Shown here: positions 26,565 through 39,365 of the stretch, piece after piece
Position numbering within the stretch: the stretch's first letter is position 1
Layout: every line of letters starts with the position of its first letter
Assembly (NCBI RefSeq): GCF_018350175.1
Contig: NC_058383.1
Span: 18,230,001-18,290,000, forward strand
Direction of reading: 5' to 3'
From: Felis catus
Lineage: Eukaryota
Length of the DNA stretch: 60,000 nucleotides
Notes under the pieces: generated by a model
Databases searched by the model: none
What the model was told of the DNA's origin: nothing
The model's input: the letters and a program-made list of their open reading frames with translations, nothing else
Position numbers and translations under genes: made by a program

Positions 26565-27380
26565 TGAGAAAGAGAAAGCATCCTCTGACAGCCTGGAGCC
26601 TGCCTGACACTATCATCTAGGCTTTGGTGTTGATCGGAATTCGTATGACACTCACAGCTAGACTGTGGGTTTCCCTTAATAAACATAAACAATTTCACAA
26701 AACACTAACATGACAAGGCTACCACCGTGATGGATCAAGGCAAAAACATGACCATTCTGTCATGACTGAACACCGACAAAAACAAGCATTAGCCAAACAG
26801 AAATGACCAAATATTCTCCATCCTGGCTAATATGAGAATTATGCTCCTTTATCAATTATAGCTTTAGTCTTGCTCCTTTCTTCCCACCTTTAATTTATTT
26901 TTTAAAGTTTACCTTTAAATTTATTTTGAGAGAGGGAGAGCGAGGGAGGGGCAGAGAGAGAGGGAGAGAATCCCAAGCAGGCTCGGCACTGTCGGCACAG
27001 AGCTCTCTGCAGGGCTTAATCTCATGACCTGCAAGGTGATGACCTCAGCCCAAATCAAGAGTCGGATGTTTAACCAACTGAGCCACCCAGGCACCCCTCT
27101 TCCCACCTTTTATATAAAAAATTTTAAGATACCCAATCATGGAACTATCCCCATTTCCTCATAGCATTCAAACCAGAGCAAAGCCCCTTTCCCTGGGTCT
27201 TCTCCAGAAACTTAACCCAAGCTCAAGTCCTATACGAAGTCATTTCTAACATCTTCTTATACTGAAATGCTCTACAATTTCCCATCTTGTGTGGTCTCCC
27301 TCATTGCAATGAGTCAATAAACCCAACTTTGTTCAATTATAGGTGTGTTCTTGGTTGCCTTTGACAGGAGGACATTGCCA
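26565..27380 (+). mobile_element. 3' LTR, interrupted by a SINEC (~26890-27097, minus)
   Basis: TGAGAAAGAGAAAGCA...GGAGGACATTGCCA; SINE flanked by CTTCCCACCTTT duplication; AATAAA ~27316. Confidence 0.85.
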
Positions 27381-27803
27381 CTGGAAATTGGCTTTGTTTG
27401 TTTTCACTGAAAGATACTGATTTTTTTTTTAAGTTAACTCAAAATAAGTTTTAAGAAGTCTGAAATCATACACAACAGGTCTATGGCTTGATTTGGTCTG
27501 AGGGCTGCCAATTTGCAACCTTTCAGTTGGAAGATCTTCCTTCTGGATGTAAAGATTAATATTACGAATAGTTAACAGCCATTAAGTACCTAAGCTGAAC
27601 CAGGGACTGAACACATACTTTCACATGTACTGTTTTATTTAATGTTCTTTTCTGCATAAGTCATTCAGAACTCCCTGAATTCTATTCATGCTGTGCCATT
27701 TGCAAGGTCGCCTGCTGCATGTTTGACTATAAATGAGGTCAAATCCCTATTTTACAGGAAAATGCTAATGTATACCTGTTCCCTTCCCACTGTGAGCCTG
27801 TAG

Positions 27804-27987
27804 CCATAGGAACTGTGATCAAGTACACAATAACATCTCCGTGATCAAGTCCCTGGGGAACAAAGTTCATTTTAATGAAGCTGGTCTGACTGCAGAGCAA
27901 TCTGAGGGGCTTCCTGGGCTTCTCAGCAGTGTGCCACCTCCTAACTTCCAGCTGGCTTTGGAGGAAGAGAAAGTGGAGCTGTCTCAG
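27804..27987 (+). other. Candidate unannotated exon A (HRNCDQVHNNISVIKSLGNK...LALEEEKVELSQ)
   Basis: CTAAT branch-like motif, pyrimidine tract, TAG acceptors (exon start 27804 or 27810), open frame, donor CAG|GTATGG in phase 0. Confidence 0.4.
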
Positions 27988-28390
27988 GTATGGGCTTCTT
28001 ATTGGGAGCTAGGTCTGGGGCAGGCAGAAAAAGGCTATGGGGAAAAATCCTTTGGGCATGCTTCTTCGGAGGAGAAAGCAGGAGAAAGGGGCTTGTATAC
28101 CAGGTAGCATGGTCTTTGAGGGCTTTACCAGATCTCTGAGTGCATGAATTGTGCCTAGAGTATAGAAGGATTCTACCATCACCCGGGGCATTGGCTAGAA
28201 TCTTTAAGGATCCTTCCAGCACTGGAATCATAGGAGCAAGGGACCCAATTCTATGACATCTTTGGTTTGTGAAGATGGGAGAAAACAGAAAAAGCTTTAG
28301 GCTAAGTGCTCCCACTAACTCACTTCCCTTTCTGTATCCTTGCCATTTCCCACGCCATATGTTCTTCACTCTATTCTCCAAAAAGCCCAG

Positions 28391-28419
28391 GGACCCATGT
28401 CTTCCTTTGACTGCCTAAG
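28391..28419 (+). other. Candidate unannotated exon B (GPMSSFDCLR), 29 bp
   Basis: Long pyrimidine tract, CAG acceptor, strong donor AAG|GTGAGC; phase 0 in, phase 2 out. Confidence 0.45.
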
Positions 28420-28602
28420 GTGAGCCCTGGGAGTCTTAAGCCCATAAAACCCCTGCCTTTCCCCTTTTCTCTGCTATGTGGGCCAACGTTTCTGCCTCAA
28501 TTTCCCCAAATGACAAAACAGTTTCCCCAGGACTGGCGCTAGCTCCCCTGGCCAATGCTGACCCTTGGAGTCTAGACCGTCTTCCTATGCTCATAATGTC
28601 AG

Positions 28603-28845
28603 GCTGAGCCTTGATGTAAGAAACTGATTACTCAGAACCACATTCTGAATATAGCCACTACAGAGAGTATTTGACTGCCTCTCGTGTACTATATGGATCT
28701 GAACAGCCTGAATCAAGATGCCTTGGACACAGTCCTGTGGCTCATGGCCACATCTCTCAAGGAGTGGCTCTGTGCAGGACCAGGTTCCCAGCCCAGGTCT
28801 CCAGCCCCAGTCTTGTCCTCTTTCTCACCCCGACCATGCTACTGA
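28603..28845 (+). pseudogene. Candidate decayed terminal coding exon C
   Basis: CAG acceptor at 28600-28602; protein-like frame KKLITQNHILNIATTESI*LPLVYYMDLNSLNQDALDTVLWLMATSLKEWLCAGP...CY*; needs one frameshift and one stop repair. Confidence 0.3.
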
Positions 28846-29099
28846 CAAGATGTCTCTCTGGCCAAGCTGCTCATTTTGAAAGAGATGACAAAAAAAAAAA
28901 AAAAAAAAAAAAAAAAGATGAGATAAAGACAGAGACAGAGAGAAAAGGAGAGGAGAGAGATGTGTTGGGGACAGAGGCTCCTAAAAAAGATCTGTCGTTT
29001 TTCAGTCGATCAATCAATCACCCAAGGCATAATGGAGGGCTACATCTCTTCTCCATCCTTGTCCAATATGCACCTTTGGGTCTTATTTAGTAATTAGGA

Positions 29100-29750
29100 A
29101 ATTTTTAATTCCTATTGAAAATATGATACACATGATAAAAAATTCAAACAGTAATAGGGCATGCAGTATAAAATTCATTTCCTCCCCCACCCCCGACACT
29201 GACCTCTAGTTCTCTTCTCTAGAGGCAGCCCCTGTTTAGAGTTTCTTCTTTATCTTTACAAAACACACTATACATGTATAAGCACACGTGTATCTAATCT
29301 CCTTTTTGTGAAAGACACTAATTAACATACTATATGTTTTCTTATATTATACTGTTTTCACCTGAATAAGCTCCACTTGGGACTTATTTCAGGTCTGTAC
29401 ATATAGATATGTCTCAGCAGCTGCACCATATTCTATTATGGCCCTACTGAGGGGACAATTCCAGTGGTGTTCTTTGTTTTGATAGTATAAACAATGCTGC
29501 AATGAATATATTCGTAATACTTCTTGAAATACATAAATAAGTTTGTCAGATAAATTCCTAAGGGTAAAGGTCAAAGGTTATGTTCATCTTGACAGATATT
29601 TTCACTTTGTCCTGCAGAAAGCTTAAACCAATTTAGACTCCCATCTACACTGAGGGTGGGCCTATTTTCCCATCCCCCCACCAATAGGATATTTCCAGAC
29701 ATTCGATCTTGGTGCAGCTTTATTTGTTTATTCATCAAAATGATGCATAT
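29100..29750 (-). mobile_element. Old L1ME-like fragment
   Basis: Degenerate L1 3' UTR motifs (ATAAACAATGCTGCAATGAATAT, GGATATTT). Confidence 0.55.
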
Positions 29751-32700
29751 TATTGTCAGGCCCTGAGTTGAGCACAAGAATGTAGAAATGAAAAGGACAA
29801 GTCCTGAAATTTGCCCTCATAATTGAGACATGCAAACTACAGTATTATCTAGAAAATGCAACAACGGTACAAGGTACAAAGGTAGCACAACAAAGGGAGA
29901 GGTTAATTTCATCTGTTTGAGGGACAGTGGGGTTTGTTCACAGTCAGGGAAAACTTGGTGAGGAACCAGATATCTGAGATAATTTGTGAAGAATTCATTT
30001 ATTTAACAAATATGTGTTAAGTGCCTGCTATGTGCCAGGCACTGTTCTGGATTCTTAGGCTATATTAGTGTCAAAGATTCCTGCTTCATGAAACTTACAT
30101 CCTAGTGAGTCAACAACTAGTAGATATAATAAATATGTAAATTATATCACATGTTACAAGGTGATGCGCATTATGAAAAGATAAAAAAGCAAAATCCGGT
30201 AAGGGGAATAAGGAGTATCTTTGGTAGAGGGGGATGTGAATAGCAACATTAAGTAAGATAGTCAGGTAGACCTTGTCAGGGAGGTGATTTTTTTAATGTT
30301 TTTATTTATTTTTGAGAGAGAGAGAGAGAGAGAGAGACAGAGCATGAGCAGAGAGGGGCAGAGAGAGGGAGACACAGAATTTGAGGCAGGCTCCAGGCTC
30401 TGAGCTGTCAGCACAGAGCCTGATGCGGGTCTCAAACCCACAAGCTGTGAGATCATGACCTGAGCTGAAGTCAGACACTTAACTGAGCCATCCAGGCACC
30501 CCATCAAGGAGGTGATTTTTGAGCGAAGATCTGTCAAAAGGGAGCTGGTTAGGAAATATCTAAGGAAAAGCTTTCCAGGTAGTCAGAACAGCCAGCACAA
30601 AGGCTCTCGGGTGAGTGTGGGCCTGACATATTTGAAAAGAAGCAATAAGGCCAGTGAACTGAGGGAGGGGAAGGATGGTAGGAGAGGGAGGTCAGAGAGA
30701 TGATATGGTCCACAGCTTGTAGGGCCTTATAGGCCACTGAGACAACTTTGGTTTTTCCTCTAGGTAAAATGAGAGTCACTACATGGTTTTAAGCAGAAGA
30801 GTAACATGATCTTCCTTAAAAAAATTTTTTTTCCCTTTAGTGGCTCAGTCAGTTAAGCACCTGACTCTTGACCTCAGTTCAGGTCTTGATCTTGGGCCTG
30901 TCAGTTCCGACCCCACACTGGGCTCCATGCTGGGCCTGAGGCCTACTTAAAAATAAATAAATAAGTGAAATATAAAAAATTAAAAGAAAAAATAAAATAA
31001 AATAAATTTTTTATTTGAGATAGAGAGGAAGAGTGAGTGCACACGAGTGCACAATTGGGGGAGGGGCAGAGAGAGGGAGAGAGAGAGAATCCCAAGCAGG
31101 TTCTGCACTGCCAGCTGGGAGCCCCATAAAGGGCTCAAACTCCAACCATGAGATCATGACCTGAGCTGAAGTTGGACACTCAATCAACTGAGCCACCCAG
31201 GCACCCCTAAAATAATTTTTTTAAAGATTATTCTGGATGTAGGGCAACTGAGTGGTGCAGTCAGTTAAGCGTCCAGCTCTTGATCTCTGCCAAGGTCATG
31301 ATCTCATGGTTCGAGCCCACATGGGGCTCTGCATTGATGGCGTGGAGCCTGCTTGGGATTCTGTCTCTCTTTCTCTCTGCCCCTCCTCTATGTATGTGCT
31401 CGCATGTGCATGCACTCTCTCTCTCTAAATAAACAAACTTTAAAAAATTAAAAGAAAAAGATTATTCTAGATGTATTTAGAGCAGATTGTGGTGGGGTAT
31501 AGGTAGAGGCAGAGAGACCAGTAAGTCAGTTGTGAGATGATGGAGGCTTGGACCAACATGATTGTTGTGGAGATTCTAAGAAGTGGTTGGATTCTGACAT
31601 GTATTTAAGTAGAGCCACAGAATTGGAAGTGGCATGAGAGAGGAAGAAAGGAGTTAAAAATGACCTCCAGGGTTTTGGCCTGAGCTACTGAAAAAAAAAA
31701 AAATGGAGTTACCCTCAAAGGAAACATGCAGGCTGAAGGTAAGAGAAGTTTCAGGGGATAAGATGGAGTATTCAGTTTTGGATATTTTAAGTTTCTGAGA
31801 CCTATTAGACATGTAAGTGGAGATCTCACATAGGCAGTGAACAATATGAATGTGGACTTTGAGAGAAAGGTCTAGACAAGAAATATAAATTCCACATGTA
31901 AATGATTAATAGGGGGTTTTGAGGCAGATAAGGGTGTGGAGTGATCTAGTGAAAGAAACAGCTTGAGCACAGGCATAAATATTTGAATTAGCAACTTATG
32001 TCTGGGGAACCATAAGTGTTCAATTTTCACTGGGGTTTAAAGTACAAGGGGGGTTACAGCAGCAGAGGATAGCCCTGCAGAGGTCAGCAGGAGCATGACT
32101 GCCAAGGGTATGGGACAAACCAAGAAACTTCAACTTTACCTTCATTTAAAAAAAAATTTTTTTAACGTTTTATTTATTTTTGAGACAGGGAGAGACAGAG
32201 CATGAACAGGGGAGGGTCAGAGAGAGGGAGACACAGAATCTGAAACAGGCTCCAGGCTCTGAGCTATCAGCACAGAGCCCGACGTGGGGCTCAAACTCAC
32301 CGACCGCAAGATCGTGACCTGAGCCGAAGTCGGCCGCTTAACTGACTGAGCCATCCAGGCGCCCCAACTTTACCTTCTTTAAACTTCAACTTCAACTTCA
32401 ACTTCTGAAACTGGTATTTCAGAATGATCATTCTTCATCTGAGGGAAAGGATTCTGGGGAACAAGTCTGGAAATGGTTTCGACCAGGCAAGAGAGGTGTT
32501 GAGGGCCGGCACCAAGGCAGTGGCAGTGGAAAGGCAGAGGGAAGAGTGAATTTGAGAAATACCTATAGGGCGGTAGAGTTTCAGATTGATTGGATAGGAG
32601 GGTTCAGGAGTCAGGAAGAGGCAAGGATGGATTCCAAGATTTTGGGTTTGATAAGAGTACAGGTGGTGGTGTCAGTCAGACAAGGAACAGTGGAGGTAGA

Positions 32701-34800
32701 GGGGAGCAGTTGCAGATAGAACACGAGCTCATCATGAGTCCTTTTAGATATGTTGAGTTGGAGGTGACAGTTGGATGTTAGATATATCAGCCAAAAGGTT
32801 TGCTCTTAGGATTTTGGATCCCTTTGATAACATTGTTATCAAAGGATAGTTAAAACCATGGGTATGAGTGTGTTTGGGTGAGGGAAGGGAACCAGTAGAG
32901 GATAGTCTTAGATTTCTCTCTTTCCCTCCATCACCAAGTCCTATTGCTTCTGGTATCTTCAACCACTTTTCTCCAACCCCATGTGATGACCTTGGTACTA
33001 GCTCATCATATCTTCCTCGCACTTTGGGAATTTTTCCTAATTTCCCCTTTCCCTCTATTTCCTCCTTTCAGTCTATTCTCCTTCCAGAGGCCAGAGTGAT
33101 CACTTACAAATGCATATTTTATCATAGTATTCTCCTTTAAAATCCCCATTGGCTTCCCATTTCTCTTTATAATAAACTCCAGTCTCTTTACAATGGTTTA
33201 CAAGGCCCCAGCCCTGGAGTAGCTCTCCAACTTCTTTTCATACCACCCTCCCTCCTTCATGTTCTGGTCACCCTGACTCCCTACAAGCCAGTCCTTTCCT
33301 CTCTGGGTTTATCACTGCTATTCCTTCTACTTGGAATGATCATCTGCCAGACTTTCACACAGAAAACTTCAGGTATCAGCTCAAATGTCACTTACACACA
33401 CACACACACACACACACACCCCAAAAAACACCCCCCCCAAAAAAAACACCTATCTGACTCCCTTATTTAAAGTGACCCATCTCTTATTCCCTGTATCTTC
33501 ATATTCATTTCCTTCACATCCATTTCAAAATTACTTGTTAATGGTCTATCTTTCTCACTACAATGGAAGCTTTATGCGGTCTGGAGCATTATCGAACTTG
33601 TTCCCCACTATAATCCTAGCATCCAGGCACATAGGGTTGCTCTGTAAATTTTTGTAGAATGAATGCAGGTGGAAAAGGAGAGAAAGATGTTGGAGAAAGC
33701 ACTGAGGAGTTGAGAGGGGATCTGGAGCACAATGAGGGGATTGGCCTTGGGCTGGATGAGGGACACATACGTGCTCCTCTGTGACAGAGTCAAGGAGAAA
33801 AGCTTAGATGGGTATGCAGGCAAGTGTGTTTGTGGGGTATGGTAGGTGTGTGGCAAGGGCATGGAGTCCACGGATTTCATGGTTGATGGCTTCTTTCTGG
33901 TCACCTGTTGACAACTCAGATGGAAGTTTCAGAGGTTGGGTAAAGGATCTGAAGGAGAGTGGGAGAGCCTTGGAACAGTTACTGAGGTGAATGGGAGAGG
34001 GAACTCCCCAACATTTTGAGACTACCACATGCCAGCTACCAGATGAGTGTTGAGGTATAAGAGATAAGGAGGATGTGAAACAGTCTTTGCTTTCAGGAAT
34101 TTGCAACTCAAAGGAGACTTTCTACAAGAAAGTTGGAATGCAGGATGCTATGTATCGTAATGGATGGAGTGTTGCAGAGAGGCATGATGAGGGTGGGGAC
34201 TCTTGAGAGTAGGAAAAAAACATTACAGAGGCTGTGCCCTTAGAGGTTGGTCTTGAAGAAAGAAAGTGTGTACCAGGTAGAAGTAAGTAAGTGTGTTCCA
34301 GGAAGACAGAACAGTGCTAGCCAAAAGTATGGTGGTGGGGAATAGCAGAATTGCAAGACGTTTATGTGGCTGGAGTGGAAAATGGAAGGCGTTGTTGGAA
34401 AGCAGGGTTGAGGCTAGGTTGTAAAGGATCTTATGTGTACCAGGAATTAGAACTTTCTCCTGGAGTCAGCAAAGGTCTTTAGCAGAGCAGTGGAATCTTG
34501 GGATTGTTCTTTTAGGAAGCTAACCCAGTAGGCAATGTGGCTGATTGTTTGAAGGGAGGAGAAACTGGAGGCAGTGAGAAGGGTGAGGAGACACCTGGCT
34601 GCTGTAGGCCCAATGAGAGCTAATGACAGCCTCAAGAAATCAAAGGCAGTAGGCATGGAGAGAAGGGGAGGGATTCCAGTTTTGATGATGGATGGAGTGT
34701 GGGGGGTGAGGGGGAGGGTGGAGTCAAGGTTGACTCAGAGGTTTCTTGCTTTGGAGACTGGGTAGATAATGATACTGTTACTTGAGATGAAGATACAGTA
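29750..34800. mobile_element. L2 fragments interspersed with SINECs (~30287-30501-, ~30817-31207 nested, ~31241-31460+, ~32157-32364-)
   Basis: L2 3' end CATTTATTTAACAAATATGTGTTAAGTGCCTGCTATGTGCCAGGCACTGT at ~29996 and purine-rich L2 body; SINEC heads. Confidence 0.7.
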
Positions 34801-37800
34801 AGAGAGCAAAAGTAATAAGCTCAGTTTTTAAAAAAATTATGGTAAAATACATATAACATACAATTTTAACCATTTTAAAGGGCATAATCTGTGGCATTAA
34901 GTACATTTACAATGTTGTGCAATCATTACCTCTATCTAATTCCAACATATTTTCATCACCCTAGGGGAAATCCCACATCCATTAAACTGTTATTCCCTAG
35001 ACCCCTTCTGCCTAGCCTCTGGCAACCACTCGTCTACTTTCTGTCTCTATGGCTTTGCCTCTTCTGGACATTTCATATAAATGGAATCATACAATATGTG
35101 ACCTTTTGTGTCTGGCCTCTTTCACTCAGCATAACGTTTTCAGGGTTCATCCATGTTGTGTCACATGTCAGTACTTCATTCTTTATTTCCCCATCTTTTT
35201 TATTGTGTTAAAATATATGTAACATAAAGTTTACCATTTTATCCATCTTTAAGGGCAAGGTTCAGTGGCATTATGTACATTCACATTGTGTAACCACCAC
35301 CACTGTCCACCTCCAGAACTTTTTTCATTTTCCCAAACGGAAACTGTACCCATTGAATAATGACTCCCCATTCTCCTTTCCCTCGAGCCCCTAGCAACAC
35401 CATTCTACTTTCTGTCTCTATTAATTTGGCTACTCTAGCACCTCATATACGTGGAACCATAAAGTATGCGTCTTTCTGTGACTAGCTCATTTCACTTAGC
35501 ATAATGTTCTCAGGGTGCATCCATGTTGCAGTCTGCGTCAGAATGTCCTTCCTTTTTAAGGCTAAATAGTATTCCATTTTATATATCCATCATATTTTGT
35601 TTATCCATTCATCTGCTGATAGACATGTGGGTTATTTCCACCTTTTGGCCATTATGAATAGAAACACTGTGAACATTAGTGTACAGATTTTTGTCTGAAC
35701 ACCTGTTTTCAACCTTGGGGGGTATATGCTTAGGAGTGGATTTGCTGGGTCATATGGTAGTTGTATGTTTAATTTGTTGAGTAACTTCCTCAGTGGCTTC
35801 ACCGGTTTACATTCCTACTAGCCATGTACAAGGTTCCAAAATCTCTACATCCTCACCAACATGTGTTATTTCCCTTTTATTATTACTATTATTATCATTA
35901 TTATTATTATTATGGCCATCCTAGTGAATGTGAAGTATTATCTCATTGTGATTTTGATTTGCATCTCCCTAATGACTAATGATGCTGAGCATCTTTTCAC
36001 ATGCTTATTGGTCATTTGTATATCTCCTCTGGAGAAATGTCTATTCAAACCCTTTGCCCATTTTAAAAGTTGGGCTGTTTTTTGCTGTTGTTGAGAAGTT
36101 AGGAGTTCTTTATATATCCTATATTAACCCCTTATCAGATACATGATTTGCAAATATTTTCTCCTGTGGGTTTTCTTTGCACTCTCTTGGTGGTGTTCTT
36201 GAATAAACAAAACTTTTAAATTAAAAAAAAAGTTTATTTTGAGAAAGAGAGCATGCACATGTGCACGTGAGTGGGGGAGGTGCAGAGAGAGAGAGAGGGA
36301 GGGAGGGAGGGAGGGAGGGAGGGAGGGAGGGAAAGGGAAAATCCCAAGCAGTTTCCATGTTGTCAGTGCAGATCTTGATGTGGGCCTCAATCCCACAACC
36401 ACAAGATCATGACCTGAGCCGAAATCTGGAGTCAGGTGTTTGACTGAGCCACCCAGGTGCCCCACAAAATATTCAAATTTTGATGAAGCACAATTTATCT
36501 TTAAAAAAAATGTGTTGCTTTGCTGTTGGTGTTATACTCAAGAAATCATTGACAAATACAATACCACAAAGATTCCCTCCTATTTTTTTTCTGAGATTTT
36601 TATAGTTTTAGCACTTAAATTTAGACCTTTGATCCATTTGAGTTAACTTTTGTGCATGGTGTAAAATAAGGGTCCAACATTATTCTTTTGCATGTGGAGA
36701 TCAAGTTTTCCTCTCCCCACTTACCAAAGGTTGGTCCTTTGTCCATTGAATGGCCTTGGCTCCCTTGTTGCAAATCAATTGAACATGTATGTAAAGGTTT
36801 CTGGGTTCTTTATTCTATTCCGCTGGTTTATCTGTCTATCCTTATGCCAGTACCACACTGTTTTGATGACTGTACCTTTGTAGTATGTTTGGAAACCAGG
36901 ACAGCGAATCCTTCAACTTTGTTCTTTCCTTTTTTTTTTTTTTAAGACAGTTTTGGCTATTTGGGGTCCATTGAGAGTCCATATGAATTTTAAGATAGGT
37001 TTTTCTATTTCTCTAAAGAATGCCATTGGGATTTGGTAGGGACTGAATCTGGGGGTTGCTTTGGGTAATATTGTCATCTTCACAATATTAAGTCTTCCAA
37101 TCTATGAACAGGGGATGTTCTTAGGTCTCCTTAAATTCTTTCAGAAATATTTTGTAGTTTTCGGTATATGGTCTTTGACCTCCTTGGTTAAATTTATTCC
37201 TAAGAATTTTTTGGATGCTATTTCAAGTGGAATCATTTTTTTAAAATTTCTTTTTCAGATTGTTTGTTGCAAATATGTAGAAATACAACTGATTTTTATG
37301 TGTTTTTATATACTGCAACTTTGCTGCATTCATTTATTAGCTCCTAAAATTTTTTGTAGTCATCTGTAGGAAGACATAAATTTACTCTTTACATTCCAAC
37401 ATGGAAGTATTTTGCTTCTTTTTCTTGCTTAATTGCTCTGGCTAGGGCTTCCAGTGTGTATTGAAAAGTAGTGGCCAAAGTAAGCATCCTTGTCTTGTTC
37501 CTGATCTTAGGGGAAATCTTTCAGTCTTTTACCACTGAGCATATTGTTTGCTGTGGGTTATTCTTCTATGACCTTTATAATTTTTTTGATGTTTATTTAT
37601 TTTTGAGGGGGGGGGAGGGACAGAAAGAGAAAGAGACACAGAATCCGAAGCAGGCTCCAGGCTCTGAGCTGTCAGCACAGAGCCTGACTTGGGGCTCGAA
37701 CTCATGAAGCATGAGATCATGACCTGAGCTGAAGTCGGAGGCTTAACCAACTGAGCTACCCAGATGCCTCGTTCTTTTTTTTTTTTTTTTTTAATTTAAA

Positions 37801-39212
37801 TTCTAGTTAACATATAGTGTAGTATTGGTTTCAGGAGTAGAATTTAATGATTCATCACTTACATATAACACCCAGTGCTCATCACAAGTGCCTTCCTTAA
37901 TGCCCATCACCCATTTAGCCCCTCTCTCTACCCACTTCCCCTCCAGCAACCCTTAGTTTCTTCTCTGTATTTAAGAGTCTCTTATGGTTTGCCTCCCTTT
38001 TTGTTTTTATCTTATTTTATTTTTCCATCTCTTCCCCTATGTTCATCTGTTTTGTTTCTTAAATTCCACATACAAGTGAAATCATATATGTCTTTCTCTG
38101 ACTGACTTACTTTGCTTAGCATAATACACTCTAGTTCCATCCTATTTATACTTTATATTTGTATATTTGTATCTATTTATTTAATGTGGTATATTACATT
38201 GATCAATTTTTGTATGTTGAACCACCCTTACATTCCTGGGATAAATCCAAATTGGTTATGGTATATAATCCTTTTAATATGCTGCTGGATTTGATTTGCT
38301 AGTGTTTTGTTGAGGGTATTTGCATCATTATTCAAAAGTAATATTAGTCTGTACTTTTCTTGTGATGCCTTTGTCTGGTTTTGGTATCAGGGTAAAGCTG
38401 GCCTCACAGAAAGAGTTAGGAAGTGTTCTCTCCTCTTCTCTTTCTTAAGGATTGGTGTTCATTCTTCATTAAATGTTTGGTAACATTCACCAGCGAGGCC
38501 ATCTGGTCCTGGGATTTTCTTTGTGGGGAGGTTTTACTTTTTTTTAAATTACCAATTCAGTCTGTTTGTTATAGTTCTGTTCAGATTTTCTATTTCTTTT
38601 TCATCAATTTTGATAATTTGTGTTTCCAGTAATTAATCCATTTCATCTAGGTTTTCTAATTTGTTACTGTACAATTGTTTGTAGTATTCTCATAATCTTT
38701 TTCCTTTATTTTTTAAAAGTTTGTTTAAATGATCTCTATACACAACATGGGGCTCGAACTCACAACCCCAAGATCAAGAGTCGCATGTTCTTCTGACCAA
38801 GCAACCAGGTGCCCCTTTTTTCTTTTTGTAAGATTGCCAATAATGTCCCCACTGTCATTTTTTTGTTAGTAATTTGAGTCGTGTCTCTCTTTTTTCCCCC
38901 CTTAGTCAATTTAGCTAAAGGTTTGTCAATTTTGTTAAACTTTTCAAAGAACCAACTTATGTATTCATTGTTTTTCTCTATTGTTTTCTATTCTCTATTT
39001 TATCTCCACTCTAAAATTTATTAACTCCTTCTTTTTTTTAGATTTGTGCTTGGTTTGCTTTCCTTTTTCTAGTTTCTTTAGGTATTAAAATAGGTCATTA
39101 ATTTGAGAACTTTTTTTTTTTTACTGTAGGTAGGTGTTTACAACTATAAATTTTCCTCTGAGCACTGCTTTCTCTGCATCCCTTATGGGAGATGTAAAAC
39201 TTAAATTTTGAA

Positions 39213-39365
39213 ATACATACATATATATATATATGTATGTATTTCCATATATATATATTTCCATATATATATTTCCATGTATATATTTCCATATATATAT
39301 TTCCATATATATATTTATTTCCATATATATTTGGGAATATATTTATTTCCATATATTTTTTCATT
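39213..39365. repeat. AT-rich tandem repeat, unit approximately ATATATAT(AT)ATTTCC
   Basis: Repeated TTTCCAT anchors separated by (AT)n. Confidence 0.9.

Larger units (their letters stand above)
11333..27380 (+). mobile_element. Decayed ERV1-class provirus (MER31/MER67-like LTRs, MER4-group-like internal region) with nested L1, SINE and LTR insertions
   Basis: Two homologous LTRs, TG...CA ends, 4-bp TSD CTGG (11329-11332, 27381-27384), polypurine tract AAGAGGGAGA before the 3' LTR, pol remnants. Confidence 0.85.

Noticed and set aside
27796..27900. TIR-domain identity for candidate exon A
   Set aside because: Only a loose by-eye resemblance (ACSHRNCDQVHNNISVIKSLGNKVHF), with no convincing downstream TIR boxes; needs a profile search.
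27941..28381. 146-aa minus-strand ORF over the unique island
   Set aside because: TTG start, part overlaps a MIR-like motif (GCTGGAAGGATCCTTAAAGAT), and the splice signals chain better on the plus strand; a minus-strand reading is not fully excluded.
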